NCBI GenBank assembly: GCA_003133025.1
Contig: PKZK01000222.1
Coordinates: 14,314 to 25,848 of the forward strand
Reading direction: 5' to 3'
Length of the DNA: 11,535 nt
Origin: Vulcanimicrobiota bacterium
GTDB taxonomy: Bacteria; Vulcanimicrobiota; Vulcanimicrobiia; Vulcanimicrobiales; Vulcanimicrobiaceae
Below are positions 1 to 7,083 of this stretch, piece by piece. The notes beneath the pieces were generated by a model. That model did no database searches, was not told the origin of the DNA, and worked only from the letters and a program-made list of their open reading frames with translations. Every line of letters starts with the position of its first letter. Within the stretch, counting starts at the first letter, position 1. The translations under genes and the position numbers were made by a program.

Positions 1-741
1 CGCGGTCTTGAGCCGTTCGACCGGGATCTCTTCGCCGGCGAAAAACAGCTCGAGCAACTCGTCGTCCTGCTCGGCGATCGCTTCGATCAGCTCCTGGCGC
101 CACTTCTCGGCGACGTCGCGCAACTCGCCGGGCTCGATTTCCACCTGCTCCATGTGCGAGCCGGCGTCGTCGGTGTAGATCGTCTTCTTCATCGTGAAGA
201 GGTCGACGATGCCCAGGAAGTCGGCTTCGGCGCCGATCGGAACCTGGATCGGAACGGCTCTTGCGCCAAGGCGTTCGCGAATCTTGGAGACGCAATTGAA
301 GAAGTCCGCGCCCATGCGGTCCATCTTGTTGACGAAGATGATGCGCGGGACTTTGTACTTGTTGGCCTGGCGCCACACGGTCTCGGACTGCGGCTGGACC
401 GCGGCTACCGAGTCGAAGAGCGCGACGAGGCCGTCGAGCACGCGAAGCGAGCGTTCCACTTCGACCGTGAAGTCCACGTGGCCAGGCGTATCGATGATGT
501 TGATGCGCGTGTCGCGCCAGGTGCACGCCGTCGCGGCGGACGTGATGGTGATGCCGCGCTCCTGCTCCTGGACCATCCAGTCCATGGTAGCAGCGCCGTC
601 GTGGACTTCACCGATCTTGTGCGTCCGGCCGGTGTAAAAGAGAATACGCTCGGTCGCCGTCGTCTTGCCGGCGTCGATATGGGCGGCAATCCCGATGTTG
701 CGGGTATGCTCGAGGGGGTACTCACGTACGAGTGGGGGCAT
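1..741 (-). CDS. fusA: Elongation factor G, N-terminal part (truncated at window edge)
   Basis: Manual translation from ATG at 741: [71 protein letters not shown]...[11 protein letters not shown]...FVNKMDR. These are the EF-G G-domain motifs. Directly follows rpsG. Missing from the ORF track because there is no stop in the window. Confidence 0.98.
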   Translation of the reverse strand, partial: MPPLVREYPLEHTRNIGIAAHIDAGKTTATERILFYTGRTHKIGEVHDGAATMDWMVQEQERGITITSAATACTWRDTRINIIDTPGHVDFTVEVERSLRVLDGLVALFDSVAAVQPQSETVWRQANKYKVPRIIFVNKMDRMGADFFNCVSKIRERLGARAVPIQVPIGAEADFLGIVDLFTMKKTIYTDDAGSHMEQVEIEPGELRDVAEKWRQELIEAIAEQDDELLELFFAGEEIPVERLKTA

Positions 742-747
742 CGTCCT

Positions 748-1218
748 TTACCAGCGGTAATGCGCGAAGGCTTTGTTGGCTTCGGCCATCTTATGCGTAT
801 CTTCGCGCTTCTTGATCGTCTGTCCGAGATTGTTGGCGGCATCCATCAGCTCGCCGGCGAGCTTCTCTTCCATCGAGCGGCCGGCGCGCTTGCGGGCATA
901 CTGAATCAGCCAGCGCATCGCCATGGCCTGACGGCGATCCGGGCGGACCTCCATCGGGACCTGATAGGTGGCGCCGCCGACGCGCCGCGGGCGCACTTCG
1001 ACCATGGGCATAGAATTGCCGAGGGCCTGGTTGAAGACGTCGAGAGCGTCGCGTCCCATCTTCTCCTGGACGATTTCCAGCGCAGCATAGGTGATGCGCT
1101 CCGCCGTCGACTTCTTACCGGCCAACATGACCTTGTTGATGAAGCGCGACAGAATCTTGGAGTTGTAGCGCGGATCGGGTAGGATCTGGCGCTTGGGGAC
1201 GGCTCCCTTACGAGGCAT
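748..1218 (-). CDS. rpsG: 30S ribosomal protein S7 (uS7)
   Basis: MPRKG...GKKSTAERI...[16 protein letters not shown]...[21 protein letters not shown]. Canonical position between rpsL and fusA. Confidence 0.99.
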   Translation of the reverse strand: MPRKGAVPKRQILPDPRYNSKILSRFINKVMLAGKKSTAERITYAALEIVQEKMGRDALDVFNQALGNSMPMVEVRPRRVGGATYQVPMEVRPDRRQAMAMRWLIQYARKRAGRSMEEKLAGELMDAANNLGQTIKKREDTHKMAEANKAFAHYRW

Positions 1219-1230
1219 GTACTACGTACC

Positions 1231-1671
1231 TTATTTCTTGACCGAGCGCTTGGCGCCGTATTTCGAACGGCCTTGCTTGCGATTGGCGACGCCCGAGGTA
1301 TCGAGGGTGCCGCGAATGATGTGGTAACGGATGCCGGGCAGATCCTTGACGCGGCCGCCGCGAATCAGCACGACCGAGTGCTCCTGCAGGTTATGGCCGA
1401 CGCCGGGGATGTACGCCGTGACCTCCTCGCCGTTGGTCAGGCGGACGCGGGCGACCTTACGGAGCGCCGAGTTCGGCTTCTTGGGCGTGATCGTCTTGAC
1501 TTGCGTGCAGACGCCGCGACGGAACGGATTCCCGCGCACCTCGAAGGAGCGCAGGGGCAGGTCGGGATGGCCGGGCTTCGGGCCAGTCTGCGCGACGCGC
1601 AGGGCCGGAGCTTTCACCTTTTTCTCGAGCTTTTCGCGTCCCTTACGGACGAGCTGGCTGATTGTCGGCAC
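1231..1671 (-). CDS. rpsL: 30S ribosomal protein S12 (uS12), with a long N-terminal loop insertion
   Basis: From GTG at 1671 (SD GGAG just upstream): [12 protein letters not shown]...[28 protein letters not shown]...[27 protein letters not shown]...RSKYGAK. The ORF-track start at 1728 is too far upstream. Confidence 0.99.
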   Translation of the reverse strand: MPTISQLVRKGREKLEKKVKAPALRVAQTGPKPGHPDLPLRSFEVRGNPFRRGVCTQVKTITPKKPNSALRKVARVRLTNGEEVTAYIPGVGHNLQEHSVVLIRGGRVKDLPGIRYHIIRGTLDTSGVANRKQGRSKYGAKRSVKK

Positions 1672-1717
1672 GCAGTCTCCACCGGAAGGCGACCCGGGTG
1701 ACCGGGACGCACACAAA

Positions 1718-1743
1718 TTCCGCCCCACCGCGGTGGGCCGGAA
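1718..1743 (-). repeat. Near-perfect inverted repeat at the 5' end of the rpsL leader
   Basis: ttccg-c-cccaccgcggtggg-c-cggaa: a perfect 14-bp palindrome core (1724-1737) plus 5-bp outer arms with one mismatch. Confidence 0.75.
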
Positions 1744-1750
1744 CCCCCGG

Positions 1751-1780
1751 AGTATAGCAGGGAAGGCTGACGACCGTCAA
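1751..1780 (-). promoter_or_regulatory. Housekeeping sigma70/sigmaA-type promoter of the str operon
   Basis: Minus strand reads TTGACG (1780-1775), an 18-nt spacer, then TATACT (1756-1751), with an extended -10 TG (TGcTATACT). About 80 nt upstream of the rpsL start. Confidence 0.8.
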
Positions 1781-1811
1781 TCTCAACGGGCCCGCTTCGG
1801 GGGACCGGCCG

Positions 1812-1994
1812 TCAGGCGACCGCGACGCACGGACCGAATCCGCGGAAACGGCCGCGCCGTTCGCTCAGGACGGCCTCGCCGAGCGAGGTGAGGCTGTAGC
1901 GGATTTCGGCCGCTTCGTCGTCGCGGAGCTGTTCGTCTTGGGCCTCGACGGTATCGGGAGCGTCGCTCGGGCGGGGGTCGAATCGAGTCTTCAT
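1812..1994 (-). CDS. Small hypothetical protein (60 aa), probably leaderless
   Basis: MKTRFDPRPSDAPDTVEAQDEQLRDDEAAEIRYSLTSLGEAVLSERRGRFRGFGPCVAVA. Composition is protein-like (acidic N-half), unlike the Arg/Pro-rich shadow frames. TACGCT lies 6 nt before the ATG (leaderless geometry). Fills the gap without overlapping neighbours. Confidence 0.55.
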   Translation of the reverse strand: MKTRFDPRPSDAPDTVEAQDEQLRDDEAAEIRYSLTSLGEAVLSERRGRFRGFGPCVAVA

Positions 1995-2015
1995 GCGCCC
2001 AGCGTAGGCTGGGGG

Positions 2016-2035
2016 TGTGCCATATGTATGGCACA
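2016..2035. promoter_or_regulatory. Operator-like perfect inverted repeat between divergent small genes
   Basis: TGTGCCATA-tg-TATGGCACA: 9-bp perfect arms, 2-bp spacer, AT-richer than the surroundings. The spacer is too short for a good RNA hairpin loop. Confidence 0.65.
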
Positions 2036-2065
2036 GTGGTTCGAGCGGCGCAGAAATTTTCCGGA

Positions 2066-2096
2066 GTTTGACGGCGCCGCCATTGGGTACCACAGT
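2066..2096 (+). promoter_or_regulatory. Putative sigmaB/SigF-type promoter, overlapping a weaker sigmaA-like promoter
   Basis: GTTTGA (2066-2071), 13 nt, GGGTAC (2085-2090) matches the B. subtilis sigmaB consensus GTTTAA-N12-14-GGGTAT. Overlapping TTGACG (2068-2073), 17 nt, CACAGT (2091-2096). Confidence 0.5.
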
Positions 2097-2104
2097 CGCG
2101 AATA

Positions 2105-2356
2105 ATGCATAAGAGTGCGTCTGGAGACCGTTCCGGCCTCGAGCGGCGGGGGCTGTCGCTGCCCAAGGGTCTCGTCGACGACGTCGAGCAGTTGCTGGTC
2201 GACCTGCGGCGTTCGGGACGCAAGATCTCCTTCTCGGCGTTCGTCGAGGTTTCGGTACGCTCGCTGCTGGTCGATCCCGAAGTCCGCGAGACGCTGGAGC
2301 GCTATGGGGCGGCCGCCCGCCGCCCCGCGGCTCGAGGGCCGGGGGACACCGGGTGA
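2105..2356 (+). CDS. Small ribbon-helix-helix (CopG/MetJ/Arc-like) putative DNA-binding protein
   Basis: RRGLSLP (strand), KGLVDDVEQLLVDL (helix), RRSGRKI, SFSAFVEVSVRSLL (helix starting with Ser) fits the RHH pattern. Its stop overlaps the next start (GTGA at 2353-2356). Confidence 0.65.
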   Translation: MHKSASGDRSGLERRGLSLPKGLVDDVEQLLVDLRRSGRKISFSAFVEVSVRSLLVDPEVRETLERYGAAARRPAARGPGDTG

Positions 2357-5300
2357 GGCTCGACGTCGACGACCCGCGCAAGACGTGGCCGGCAGCAATG
2401 CTGGCCGGCGTGGATTGGCAACGCAATCCGGCGGGAGCGCCCGAGCGCTGGCCGCAAAGCCTGCGCACCGCGCTGGACATCTGCTTCGATTCGCGGTTTC
2501 CCATCATCATATTCTGGGGCGCGGACCTCGTGCAGTTCTATAATGAGGCGTACTCCGCGATTCTGGGCGCCAAGCACCCTCGCGCCTTCGGCCAACGGGC
2601 CCGGGACTGTTTCCCGGAGATTTGGACGCAGATCGAGCCCATGCTCCACGGCGTGCTCGAGAGCGGCACGCCGACCTGGTCGGAAGATCTCATGCTTCCA
2701 CTCGAACGCAACGGCTTCGCGGAAGAGTGTTACTTCACGTTCTCCTATAGTCCGCTGACCGGCGAAAACGGCGTGGGCGGCGTGTTTTGCGCCGTCGCCG
2801 AGACGACTGCGAAGGTGCTCCGCGAGCGCGAAGCCCGCGAGCGGGCGGAAGCGCTCGCCGAACTCGATCGCGCCAAGACGGACTTCTTCGACAACATCAG
2901 CCACGAGTTCCGCACGCCCTTGACCCTCATCTTGGGCCCGCTCGACGATGCGCTCGCGGGGCAGCGCTGCCTCGACGACAACGACCTCGACATGTTGCGC
3001 CGAAACGCACGGCGGCTGTTGCGCCTGGTCAACTCGCTCCTCGAATTCTCGCGGATCGAAGCCAATCGCGCGGCGCTCGTGCGTCAGCCGGTCGACTTAC
3101 CGACCCTGACGGCCGAGATCGCGAGCAGCTTCCGCTCGGCGTTCGAATCCGCGGGCATCGCCTTCAGCATCGACGCGCCGCCGCTCGACGGACCGGTGTC
3201 GGTCGACCCGCGGCTGTGGGAACACGTCGTCCTCAACCTGCTCTCCAACGCGTTGAAGTTCTGCCTGCGCGGCTCGGTTCGCCTCTCGCTGCGGCGCGAA
3301 GATTCGAAGCTCAGGTTGGAAGTCGCCGACGAAGGCGGCGGCATGTCGGAGGACGAGGTTGCGCGCGCGTTCGAGCGATTCTGGCGCGGCAGCGCCCGGG
3401 CGGCGCGCTCGCACGAAGGCAGCGGCATCGGCTTAGCGCTGGTTGCGGAAATCGCCGAACTCCACGGCGGCTCGGCGCGACTCGAAAGCGTGGAAGGCGC
3501 GGGAACGACCGCGATCGTCGAAATTCCGTACGAGCCGGCAAGCGCCCAAAGCGTTGCCGCGCCCGTGACGGCGGCGGCACTCGCGCTGGCGGAAACCGGC
3601 GTTTGGAGCGACGCGCATTCGGGCCCTGTCGGCCGCGCCGAGGATTCGGCCCTGCCGCGACTCCTGCTGGTCGAAGACAACGCCGACTTGCGCGGCTATC
3701 TCACGCGGCTGCTTTCGGGCCAGTACCGCGTCGAACGCGTGCCCGACGGAGCAACTGCTTTGAGCGCGGCCCTCGCGGCGCCGCCGGACATCGTGCTCAG
3801 CGACGTGATGATGCCCGGCATCGACGGGATCGAACTCGTGCGCCGCCTGCGCAGCCGGCGGGCCACGCGCGATATTCCCATAGTGCTCCTCTCGGCGCGC
3901 GCCGACGAACAGTCGGCGGCCGAGGGTTTGCGCGCGGGCGCCGACGACTACATCGTCAAGCCGTTCTCATCGAGCGAGTTGCTCCCGAGGCTCGAACGAC
4001 ACGTTTCCCGCGCGCGAATTCGTGCGGAGGAAGCGGCGCGTTTCCGGCAACTCGCCGACGAGATTCCGCAGATGATCTGGACGCAGACGCCCGATGGAAG
4101 ACTCGATTGGATCAATAAGCGCTGGTTCGACTACACCGGCCTCTCGAGTGACGAAGAGCCGAGCGAACTGCGCGTCGACTTGGTGATGCCGCCCGACGAC
4201 TTGGCTCGCTTCCGCGCACTGCGCGCGGAACACTCGACGCGCAGCGACGGCTTCGAGTGCCAGGTGCGCATCAAGCCCGTGGGCAGCCCGGACGACGCGT
4301 ATCGCTGGCATCTCAGCCGCTTGACCCCGGTGCGCGACGCGAACGGCGCGCTCGTGCGCTGGATCGGAACGTCGATCGACATCCACGATGGCCGCACGTT
4401 GGCCGAGGCGCGCGAGCGCGACCTCAAGACGCTTGCCGAGGCCATCCCGCAGATGGTCTGGACCGCGACTCCCGAGGGCTACAACGATTACTTCAACCGG
4501 CGCTGGGCCGAATACATCGGCCGGCCCGATCGAGACCGTGACGCGGACGGCTTCGGGCGCGTCCACCCCGACGACAGGGAAACGGCGGTCGCAGGCTGGC
4601 GACACTCCCTTCGCACCGGCGAACCGTACAATGCCGAGTATCGTTTGCGTGACGGAAGCGGAGCCTATCATTGGTTCGTCGTGCGCGCCGTGGCGCAACG
4701 AGACGAAACCGGCGCGATCGTCCGCTGGTTCGGCACGAGCACGAACGTCGACGAACTCAAGCGCACCCAAGAAGCGCTGACGCGCAGCGAACGCCTCTAT
4801 CGCACGCTGATCGAGACGACCACCGAAGGCGTGTGGGTGCTCGACGAAAACGACGTGACCACGTTCGTCAATGCGCGGATGGCCGAGATGCTGGGCTACC
4901 TTCCCGAGGAGATCCTGGGCAGACCGGTTTGGGATTTCACCAACGCGCTCGGCCGCAGCGAAGGAGAGGCGGTCAAGGCCAAAGCGATGGCCGGCGAATC
5001 GACCGCCAACGATGCGCGCTTGATCCGGCGCGACGGCACCGAGATCTGGGTGCACATCGCGGCCAGCGCGCTGCGCAGCGACGATGGCTCCATACGTGGC
5101 GTCCTCGGCATGGTGCACGACATCACCGCGCGCAAACGCGCAGAGGCCATGCAGCACTTATTGGCCGAAGCCAGCGGCGCACTGGCGCAGTCGCTCGGCC
5201 TGAGCCAGACCGTCGACAAACTCCTGGGCGTAGTGGTACCGGGATTAGCGACGTGGGCGGCGATCGACCTGGCCGACCCCGACGAGCCCTTCAACACGCG

Positions 5301-6747
5301 GGGCAACCGGACCGCGGGCGTGCGCCACGTCGACCCGGCCAAGATGCCTGCCACGCGCGCGCTGATCGCTCGGCCTCCATTGACGCCGGAGGAGCGCGAG
5401 CAATGCAACGACGCTATCGGCGAGTGCACGATCATCGCCTTCCCGCTCGCTCTCGAAGGCCGGCTGCTGGGCTCGATCACCATCGCTTCGGACGGCCGCG
5501 CATACGACGCCGGCGACATGGAGCTGTTCGCCGAGATTGCCAGCCGCACCGCGGTCGCCATCGAGCACGCCCGGCTCTACGACCGCGAGCGGCGCGTGGC
5601 TTTCACCTTGCAAGCGGCCGCGCTTCCGAAGAAACTCCCGAACGTTCCCGGCTTGACCTTCAGCGCCGTCTATCAAGCGGCACGCAGCGAAGCCCTCGTC
5701 GGCGGCGACTGGTACGATGCGTTCAGGCTGAGCGACGGGCGCATCGTGCTCTCGATCGGCGACGTGATGGGCAGCGGACTCGACGCCGCCGTCACCATGG
5801 GCGCGGTGCGCCAAGCGATTCGCGGAGCGGCACAGATCTATCCGGATCCCGTCGCCGTGCTCAATGCCGCGGATCGCGCGTTGCGCTCCGAACAGCCCGA
5901 TCGCATCGTGACCGCATTCGTCGGACTGCTCGATCCGCTCACGCTCAGCTTCACCTACGCGTCGGCGGGGCATCCGCCGCCGCTCTTGCGCGCCGACGAC
6001 GGCACCGTCAGCGAACTCGGCGGCTCGGGTCTGCCGCTCGGCTTGCGCGAGGCCGGACGGAGCGCCGAAACGGTTCGCTCGCTCACGCTGGACGATCAAT
6101 CGCTGCTGGTGCTCTACACCGACGGCTTGACCGAGTCGACCCGCGACGTGTTCGAAGGCGAACGGCGCCTGCACGCCGCGCTCAACGCGCCGGCAGTCCT
6201 CGAATCCGCCGAGAGCGCATCGGCCATTCGCGACGCGGTGATCGAGCAGTCGCACGACGACGTCGCCATCCTCGCCGTGCGCGTCGACGACGTGCGGCGG
6301 CGCTTGACCCAGCGCGCCGACCTCGATGCGCCCGGCGCACACTGGACGTTCGACGCCTCCGATGCCGTGGAAGCGCGCGCGGTGCGCAAGCGCATCGCCG
6401 AAGCGTTGCAAACGCACGGCGTCGCCGACGGCGACATCTGCAATGCGGAACTGCTCTTCAGCGAGTTGGTCGGCAACGTCATGCGCCACACGTCTGGACC
6501 GGTCGAGGTGGCGATCGATCTCACCAGCGAAGAGCCCGTGCTGCACGTCATCGACCGCGGCCCCGGCTTCACGTTTCACGCGCGCTTGCCCAACGACGTG
6601 ATGAGCGAGTCGGGGCGTGGGCTCTACATCGCCGCGGCGCTGGCCAACGAACTGAGCGTGCTGCCGCGCAGAAACGGCGGCAGCCACGCGCGCGCCGTCC
6701 TGCCGATCCGTCCCGGTCCGAAGCCGGCGCGCAACCCGGCCGGCTGA
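2353..6747 (+). CDS. Cytoplasmic multidomain hybrid signalling protein: PAS-like / HisKA / HATPase_c / REC / PAS x3 / GAF / SpoIIE-type PP2C phosphatase / RsbW-like HATPase
   Basis: H-box ISHEFRTPL (His codon 2902-2904), N-box NLLSNALKF, G1 DEGGGM, G2 GSGIGLA. Receiver LLVEDN...LSDVMMP...LLSA...KPF. PAS/PAC repeats (IPQMIW...YRWHL...RWIGT; IPQMVW...YHWFV...RWFGT; EGVWVLD...FVNARMAEMLGY...HDITARK). PP2C motifs VGGDWYD, IGDVMGSG, LYTDGL, HDDVAIL. C-terminal SELVGNVMRH...DRGPGF...ESGRGL. No transmembrane segment seen. Confidence 0.95.
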   Translation: MRLDVDDPRKTWPAAMLAGVDWQRNPAGAPERWPQSLRTALDICFDSRFPIIIFWGADLVQFYNEAYSAILGAKHPRAFGQRARDCFPEIWTQIEPMLHGVLESGTPTWSEDLMLPLERNGFAEECYFTFSYSPLTGENGVGGVFCAVAETTAKVLREREARERAEALAELDRAKTDFFDNISHEFRTPLTLILGPLDDALAGQRCLDDNDLDMLRRNARRLLRLVNSLLEFSRIEANRAALVRQPVDLPTLTAEIASSFRSAFESAGIAFSIDAPPLDGPVSVDPRLWEHVVLNLLSNALKFCLRGSVRLSLRREDSKLRLEVADEGGGMSEDEVARAFERFWRGSARAARSHEGSGIGLALVAEIAELHGGSARLESVEGAGTTAIVEIPYEPASAQSVAAPVTAAALALAETGVWSDAHSGPVGRAEDSALPRLLLVEDNADLRGYLTRLLSGQYRVERVPDGATALSAALAAPPDIVLSDVMMPGIDGIELVRRLRSRRATRDIPIVLLSARADEQSAAEGLRAGADDYIVKPFSSSELLPRLERHVSRARIRAEEAARFRQLADEIPQMIWTQTPDGRLDWINKRWFDYTGLSSDEEPSELRVDLVMPPDDLARFRALRAEHSTRSDGFECQVRIKPVGSPDDAYRWHLSRLTPVRDANGALVRWIGTSIDIHDGRTLAEARERDLKTLAEAIPQMVWTATPEGYNDYFNRRWAEYIGRPDRDRDADGFGRVHPDDRETAVAGWRHSLRTGEPYNAEYRLRDGSGAYHWFVVRAVAQRDETGAIVRWFGTSTNVDELKRTQEALTRSERLYRTLIETTTEGVWVLDENDVTTFVNARMAEMLGYLPEEILGRPVWDFTNALGRSEGEAVKAKAMAGESTANDARLIRRDGTEIWVHIAASALRSDDGSIRGVLGMVHDITARKRAEAMQHLLAEASGALAQSLGLSQTVDKLLGVVVPGLATWAAIDLADPDEPFNTRGNRTAGVRHVDPAKMPATRALIARPPLTPEEREQCNDAIGECTIIAFPLALEGRLLGSITIASDGRAYDAGDMELFAEIASRTAVAIEHARLYDRERRVAFTLQAAALPKKLPNVPGLTFSAVYQAARSEALVGGDWYDAFRLSDGRIVLSIGDVMGSGLDAAVTMGAVRQAIRGAAQIYPDPVAVLNAADRALRSEQPDRIVTAFVGLLDPLTLSFTYASAGHPPPLLRADDGTVSELGGSGLPLGLREAGRSAETVRSLTLDDQSLLVLYTDGLTESTRDVFEGERRLHAALNAPAVLESAESASAIRDAVIEQSHDDVAILAVRVDDVRRRLTQRADLDAPGAHWTFDASDAVEARAVRKRIAEALQTHGVADGDICNAELLFSELVGNVMRHTSGPVEVAIDLTSEEPVLHVIDRGPGFTFHARLPNDVMSESGRGLYIAAALANELSVLPRRNGGSHARAVLPIRPGPKPARNPAG

Positions 6748-6753
6748 ACGCGC

Positions 6754-7077
6754 GTGCCCGACTATGTGAGCGTCACCACGACGGTCGATAGCCGCGAAGC
6801 CGCCGACCGCATCGCGCTGGCGGTGATCGAGGCGCGCGTCGGCGCTTGCGTACAGATCGAAGGCCCGCTCGAGAGCGTCTATTTCTGGCGAGGCTCGCTC
6901 GAGCGCGCGGTCGAGTGGCGCTGTACGATCAAGACGCGCGCCGGCCTCTACGACCGTCTCGAGGCCACGGTACGTGAGGTGCATCCGTACAATACGCCCG
7001 AGATCCTGGCGCACGCGGTCGCGGCCGGCGGAGCCGACTATTTGGCCTGGATCGACGACTCGACGACCGGCGCGTAA
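6754..7077 (+). CDS. cutA: Divalent-cation tolerance protein CutA (PII-like fold)
   Basis: VTTTVDSREAADRIA...GACVQI...SVYFWRG...EWRCTIKT...VHPYNTPEI...YLAWI, typical CutA1 motifs. 107 aa, starting 6 nt after the hybrid kinase stop. Confidence 0.93.
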   Translation: MPDYVSVTTTVDSREAADRIALAVIEARVGACVQIEGPLESVYFWRGSLERAVEWRCTIKTRAGLYDRLEATVREVHPYNTPEILAHAVAAGGADYLAWIDDSTTGA

Positions 7078-7083
7078 GCGCGC

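Noticed and set aside
154..1182. 342-aa plus-strand ORF, plus the overlapping ORFs 194-637, 1273-1701 and 1331-1891
   Set aside because: Antisense shadows of fusA, rpsG and rpsL. Long stop-free opposite frames are expected in high-GC coding DNA.
1393..1500. Possible streptomycin-resistance alleles in rpsL
   Set aside because: The PKKPNSA lysines in this interval and the downstream RVKDLP motif are wild-type.
1672..1728. N-terminal extension of S12 in the ORF track (MGRNLCAS...)
   Set aside because: Homology begins at PTISQLVRK, an SD precedes the GTG at 1671, and the extension lies in the hairpin leader.
1787..1810. GC-rich hairpin with a UUCG-like loop between the small ORF and the str promoter, a possible terminator
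   Set aside because: Stem is short and mismatched with no convincing U-tract. Too weak to call.
1812..2356. Type II toxin-antitoxin interpretation of the RHH gene and the small ORF
   Set aside because: The genes are divergent, not co-transcribed, and neither shows RelE/ParE, PIN, MazF or other toxin motifs.
4040..4760. Repeated DNA similarity (e.g. ccgcagatg-x-tctggac twice) suggesting a repeat element
   Set aside because: Explained by two tandem homologous PAS domains within the CDS.
2787..7014. Long alternative-frame ORFs (2787-4118, 3967-5157, 4671-6791, 5245-7014)
   Set aside because: Arg/Ala/Gly-rich frame-shifted or antisense shadows of the hybrid kinase, with no domain motifs.
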